Below are positions 59,293 to 64,000 of a stretch of DNA of 64,000 nucleotides, piece after piece (within the stretch, counting starts at the first letter, position 1; the number at the start of each line of letters is the position of its first letter). Source of the stretch: the human T2T-CHM13v2.0 reference genome, Homo sapiens. The stretch is taken from assembly GCF_009914755.1 (NCBI RefSeq), contig NC_060925.1; one strand, given 5' to 3'. The notes under the pieces were generated by a model, which was not told the origin of the DNA, did not search any database, and saw nothing but the letters and a program-made list of their open reading frames with translations. Made by a program: the position numbers and the translations under genes.

Positions 59293-61306
59293 TTAATGGA
59301 AGATACTGAAATAAATTTACCATTGATGGGAAGATCCAGCTAAGAGAGAAACTGGTGATGCAGAGGAGAAAGTGAATAACAGAAAGGGAAATCTTTGAGA
59401 GGATTAAAGGGAATGGGATCCAGAGTACTTGCTTTGAGACTGACCATAGACAGGAGGAGAGATGCTTTCTCCAGTGAAATGCGAGGAAGGAGAAGACAGG
59501 TAGAGATGCAGAAAAGACTGGTAGATTTAGTCGGGGGACGATGTGAGATCTTCTGTGTAACCTCTTTTGTTTTCTCTGTGAAATATGAGGAAAGGCATCA
59601 GCTAAAAATGAGAGAGGACTGGAGGCAGAGGGTGGGATGAGAAAGCTTGGGGAATGAGGAAAAGATGAGTGTCACTACTCAGAGTAGCAGAGCAAATTTC
59701 TTGGAAAAAAGTGCCACAATGGCAGTTCAGTGTCCTTTTAAATGCGGTGATCGCACTTTTACTGCGTCAACAGTTTGCCTTCTTGTGTGGTAATTTCAAT
59801 AACACGCAGCTGAGCAAGTAAAGGCATGGCGAATACAGGTGCATTTGGTAGAGATAGAGAAAGGCAACGAAGTTAAGGGGATTTGCAAGGAGGTAATTAT
59901 AATGATGCCTCATTGAATTCAAGCTAGATGGGGGAGGGTGGGAGGTAAAGGCAAACATGTGCTCAAGGATAGGCAGTGGTAAGATGGATGCTTTGGGGTT
60001 CTTGATAAGGTCAAAGATTATTCTGGTGGCTGTACTTGAGCAGAGAAAGTTCATCTCCAAAGAAAGAAAGTTTACTGATGATGAGCAGTTCAGGGAATGA
60101 AGAGGCCAGTTGTTTGATGGGTTATCCACATATTCTGGATCACTACAGTCATCTCTTTTTTTTTTCTTTTTCTTTTTCTCTGACCTCATTCTTCCATCAC
60201 AATTAGTTTCTTTCTTAATTAAGCTCTTTGGCATTTGCCCTGTTCCAATCTATTTGACACTGCACTTTCAGCCCCAATTTGAAAATTCTAAGTGACTTCC
60301 CACTGTATACTGAACCAAGGAGTGAACTTATAAAAAAAAACTTAAATTTATTTGAAATTCACCATGTGTCATGTAGCACACTAAATGCCTTCTCTGGATT
60401 ATCTCATTTAATCCTAACAACCACCCTATGAGGTAGATACTGCTGTCATTATCTTCATTTACAAGCAAGGAAACTGAAGCAGAGAAAAGTTAAGTAATTT
60501 GTGAAAGGTCACTTAGCAGTAGCGGAGTCAGCATTTAAACTCAGTATGTGCTTTCCCCCACTGCCACACCACCTGGCACTAGGAGCCCTCCAGAGTATGA
60601 CTTCTACTTTGCTTTCCTGCTTTGTCCCTCATTATTGGAAGTGCTTGAGGAGAGACCAGAAATCAAGTAGAAGTTGGGCTGCAACTTGCTGGGAATGTTG
60701 CCAAGTACTTGCTGCTCCTTCCCATGGAATACCTTTTCCCTCTCAGCCAAAATCCTATCAGTCCTGGAAGGTCCTTGATGAACCTGAAAGGTCCCATCTT
60801 CTCCATAGGATTCCCCTCCTTATGAACCCCAAACCCTCCCAAACACAGAGCCCTGGGATCTTTTCTTTCTCTGAACCTCCATAGCATTTTATCCAAATTC
60901 CTCTAATGTCATCTCTTTTACATCAGATTACACATGTGCTTATCTCCACCGTTAGATTCTTGCCTTCAGTGGAAGTAGGGACTTAACGTTCTTTTCCCTT
61001 AGGTGAACTCAGCATGCATTGCAGGGCAGTAGGAAGCCAATGCAGGTTTGTTGATTAATTTTGGATGCAAAGGAAGGAAGTGATTGGTCCAAGTGTATAT
61101 TTCGAGATATTGGAGCATCGGGACCAGAATCCAGTTCTGTAAACTTTGAAGCCAACACTTTCTCCACATTGCCCCCTTTTTACCTCTTGGTTCTGATTCC
61201 ATTTCCTTCCGTACTTTTGTCCCTGAAAATATACATGCACTTGGAAGCTTCTTGACTTTCTCTCAGCCCAGATGCAAGAGAAAACCTTCACCCATGGACA
61301 GATGGA

Positions 61307-61339
61307 CACACACACACATACACACACACACACACACAG
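61307..61339. repeat. (CA)n microsatellite
   Basis: CA run with one TA interruption. Confidence 0.9.
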
Positions 61340-61642
61340 AGCTCTGATTCACCTAAGGACCCAGCTTTGCTTCTTTACCCAATAACAGCACCCACAAATC
61401 TTTATCTACCCTAGCCCACACTTTGCCTCCACTACGGAAGCTCTTTTCTTAACCCAGTGGCATCCCCCTACCCCTGCATGAAGTCACAGATCTAGTGCCC
61501 TTTTGCAGTCTCTTCCTCCTTTTATCAGATATTTCTAATAGCAAAAATCTGGAAGACCTAAATGCCAAGCAAAAGAGTTGTTAAATAAATCACAGGACAG
61601 CCAAATAGTAGGATATAGTGTAGCCATTTAAAATGACAACAT

Positions 61643-61971
<329 letters not shown>

Positions 61972-62580
61972 TCATCTTCTAGAACTTGCATTGCTCAGTG
62001 AAAAATCAGGTTAAAGAACAGTTTTTAGAGTATATCCTCATTTACACTTATGTATGTCTGTATGTGAACAGCGTGTGTCTGTGTGTGATCACAGAAAGAA
62101 ATCCAACAGGATGTATGCCAAGGTGATAATATTTTGCTCCTGCGTATTTTCTATTTTTCTGTAGTGATCATGGATTACCTGTGCAATTTCTACCCCCTCC
62201 CAACAAAAGAACAAATCTTGCTCTCAGGATAAACTCTGGCAAAATTATTTATACTGATGCATAAATCATATGTAAAGCCCAACAGAGACCTCTTTCCAGA
62301 GGCATATTTATTTTAATCAGTCAAGAGGGGTAAGCCAAAGGAAAATGCCACAAAACAGGTGGAAGAGGGTGTTATATACTTTTATTTCATTTTTGTATGT
62401 TACTGGGAGTTCTCAGTCCTTTTAAAAGTGCAGCTCATCCAGGCAGTCCCAGGGGATATGGCCACGAGGGCTGTGCTGTAGGTGAAGGGCGCTCTGGGCC
62501 TGGGCAGTCTCTGGGCCAAAGTGGGCAGGTGTCAGTTCAGACACTCCACTGTGGGCTGATCTTTGCTTTCTGTCTTACAG

Positions 62581-62601
62581 CTCCTGTTGCTGGGACACCT
62601 G
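62581..62601 (+). CDS. FCGR2B: FCGR2B S2 micro-exon, 21 nt
   Basis: tcttacag|CTCCTGTTGCTGGGACACCTG|gtaagt encodes APVAGTP. Confidence 0.96.
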
Positions 62602-63720
62602 GTAAGTACTCCACCCACAGCCTTTCCTTCCCTCGGGTCCCCTTTTCCTCTCCTCCCAGTGCCCTGTCTGGAGGTGCTCTAAATGCACCAGCAACTGAGC
62701 CCAGTACCAAGTCAGGGCCAGGAAAGGGTAATTGCTCCCGAAAGATCCCCTCTCCCTCTTCCACTCTCCTCCTTCCTTTTCCTCCTTCCACGGAGGCAAG
62801 TGGTAGGCAGCCACGGTGTTCAAATGGGGGAGCTGTCACAGAAAATGAGAACTCTGATCTCTCTCTCAACTGCCTTCCGCTGTCCAAATAAAACCAAGGG
62901 CTTCCTCTCTCCAAATAAAATTCAGGCACATGCAAAATCACATGGCCTGCATATGTTGTCCCCCTGTGTTGCTAAATCCTTGACTGTGCATGTTTCTGAG
63001 AGCTCCAAGGCCTGTTCCCTGACAGAGTGGTCTCTGCATACCTCTGGCTACACTTTGCCGGGCACTTCTGTGTTTGTGCCACTCAGCCTCCACCGCTCCA
63101 GGACTGGCCCTCCGGCTTTTCTCCCTCTCTCTTTATCCTTCTGAGGCCAGAGAGGCTCGTGTATGCTTGGGTGTGAGGACGGGCCATCTTGACCTCGTTT
63201 TTAAAGTATACAGAATGACATTAGGTCAGAACGGAAACCTGATATCCAACTCCCATGCCTGCCATCTCCACCAGAGCCCCCACTTATCTTCAGCCAGCCC
63301 CAGGGGAAATTTATCCACTAGTGTCTAAATGCCTTTGTTTATCGGGGAGAAAAGTTAGTCTCGAAAGAGTATGTATGTATGGGGTGTCTGTGTGTCTGTG
63401 CTGGTGGGGAGAGGTTGGTGGGGAGAGAGAGAAAGAACTGGTGAGGATATCTCAGGTAAAGTATATGTATTTCGAGGGTGTTTCTCTTGCCTGCTCCCTC
63501 CTTCTTCCCTGTTGCCCTGTCGGAGTCCTGGGCTCCCTGGGGCCGTTGTGGTGGGATGTATGAGCAAAAGCAACTGCCTTCAGTTGCAGAACCATTCTGG
63601 GCCTGGCTCGGCTTTTGGTGCCCCTAGTAGGCCTACAGGTGCTTTTTTGTCTGAGATTCAGGGCCTCTCAAGCTCCTGGGCTTCCTCTTCTTCATGCTAC
63701 CTCCTCTCTCTGCCCCTCAG

Positions 63721-63978
63721 CAGCTCCCCCAAAGGCTGTGCTGAAACTCGAGCCCCAGTGGATCAACGTGCTCCAGGAGGACTCTGTGACTCTGACATGC
63801 CGGGGGACTCACAGCCCTGAGAGCGACTCCATTCAGTGGTTCCACAATGGGAATCTCATTCCCACCCACACGCAGCCCAGCTACAGGTTCAAGGCCAACA
63901 ACAATGACAGCGGGGAGTACACGTGCCAGACTGGCCAGACCAGCCTCAGCGACCCTGTGCATCTGACTGTGCTTTCTG
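63721..63978 (+). CDS. FCGR2B: FCGR2B EC1 exon (first Ig domain), 258 nt; gene continues beyond the window
   Basis: [44 protein letters not shown]...[24 protein letters not shown]. Codon 57 is CAG (63756-63758), not the TAG of FCGR2C-STOP. Confidence 0.96.
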
Positions 63979-64000
63979 GTCAGTGGAGGAAGGCCCCAGG

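Noticed and set aside
62397-63962. ORFs of 70-164 aa around FCGR2B S2 and EC1
   Set aside because: Intronic or antisense frames with no homology beyond the true exons.

Overview
Human genomic DNA from the distal copy of the low-affinity Fc-gamma receptor segmental duplication (1q23.3), identified from the encoded proteins and the gene order. In order: the 3' end of the HSP70 pseudogene HSPA7 (+, 1-557); three degenerate tRNA genes (a Leu-CAG-type body with a CAA anticodon, a Gly-TCC-type body with a TTC/Glu anticodon, and Asn-GTT); a full-length SVA; an RPS23 processed pseudogene split by a MER11 solo LTR; the complete FCGR3B gene (-, five coding exons, 233 aa, allele *02/NA2); about 31 kb of repeat-rich intergenic DNA; and the promoter and first three coding exons of FCGR2B (+). 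Almost all other ORFs in the track are Alu, SVA or L1 artefacts. This is a well-studied locus and I cannot support a new multi-gene system. The best leads are: (1) an indel-free, 89%-identical duplicated 255-nt exon-like unit, one copy of which would act as an in-frame poison exon in FCGR2B intron 1; (2) three heavily mutated tRNA genes, two with switched anticodons; (3) at least four short-range templated-insertion scars, one with a perfect fold-back junction; (4) a nearly spacer-less inverted Alu pair with partly homogenised arms. Comparisons to reference proteins, tRNAs and repeat consensus sequences are from memory and should be confirmed by alignment.
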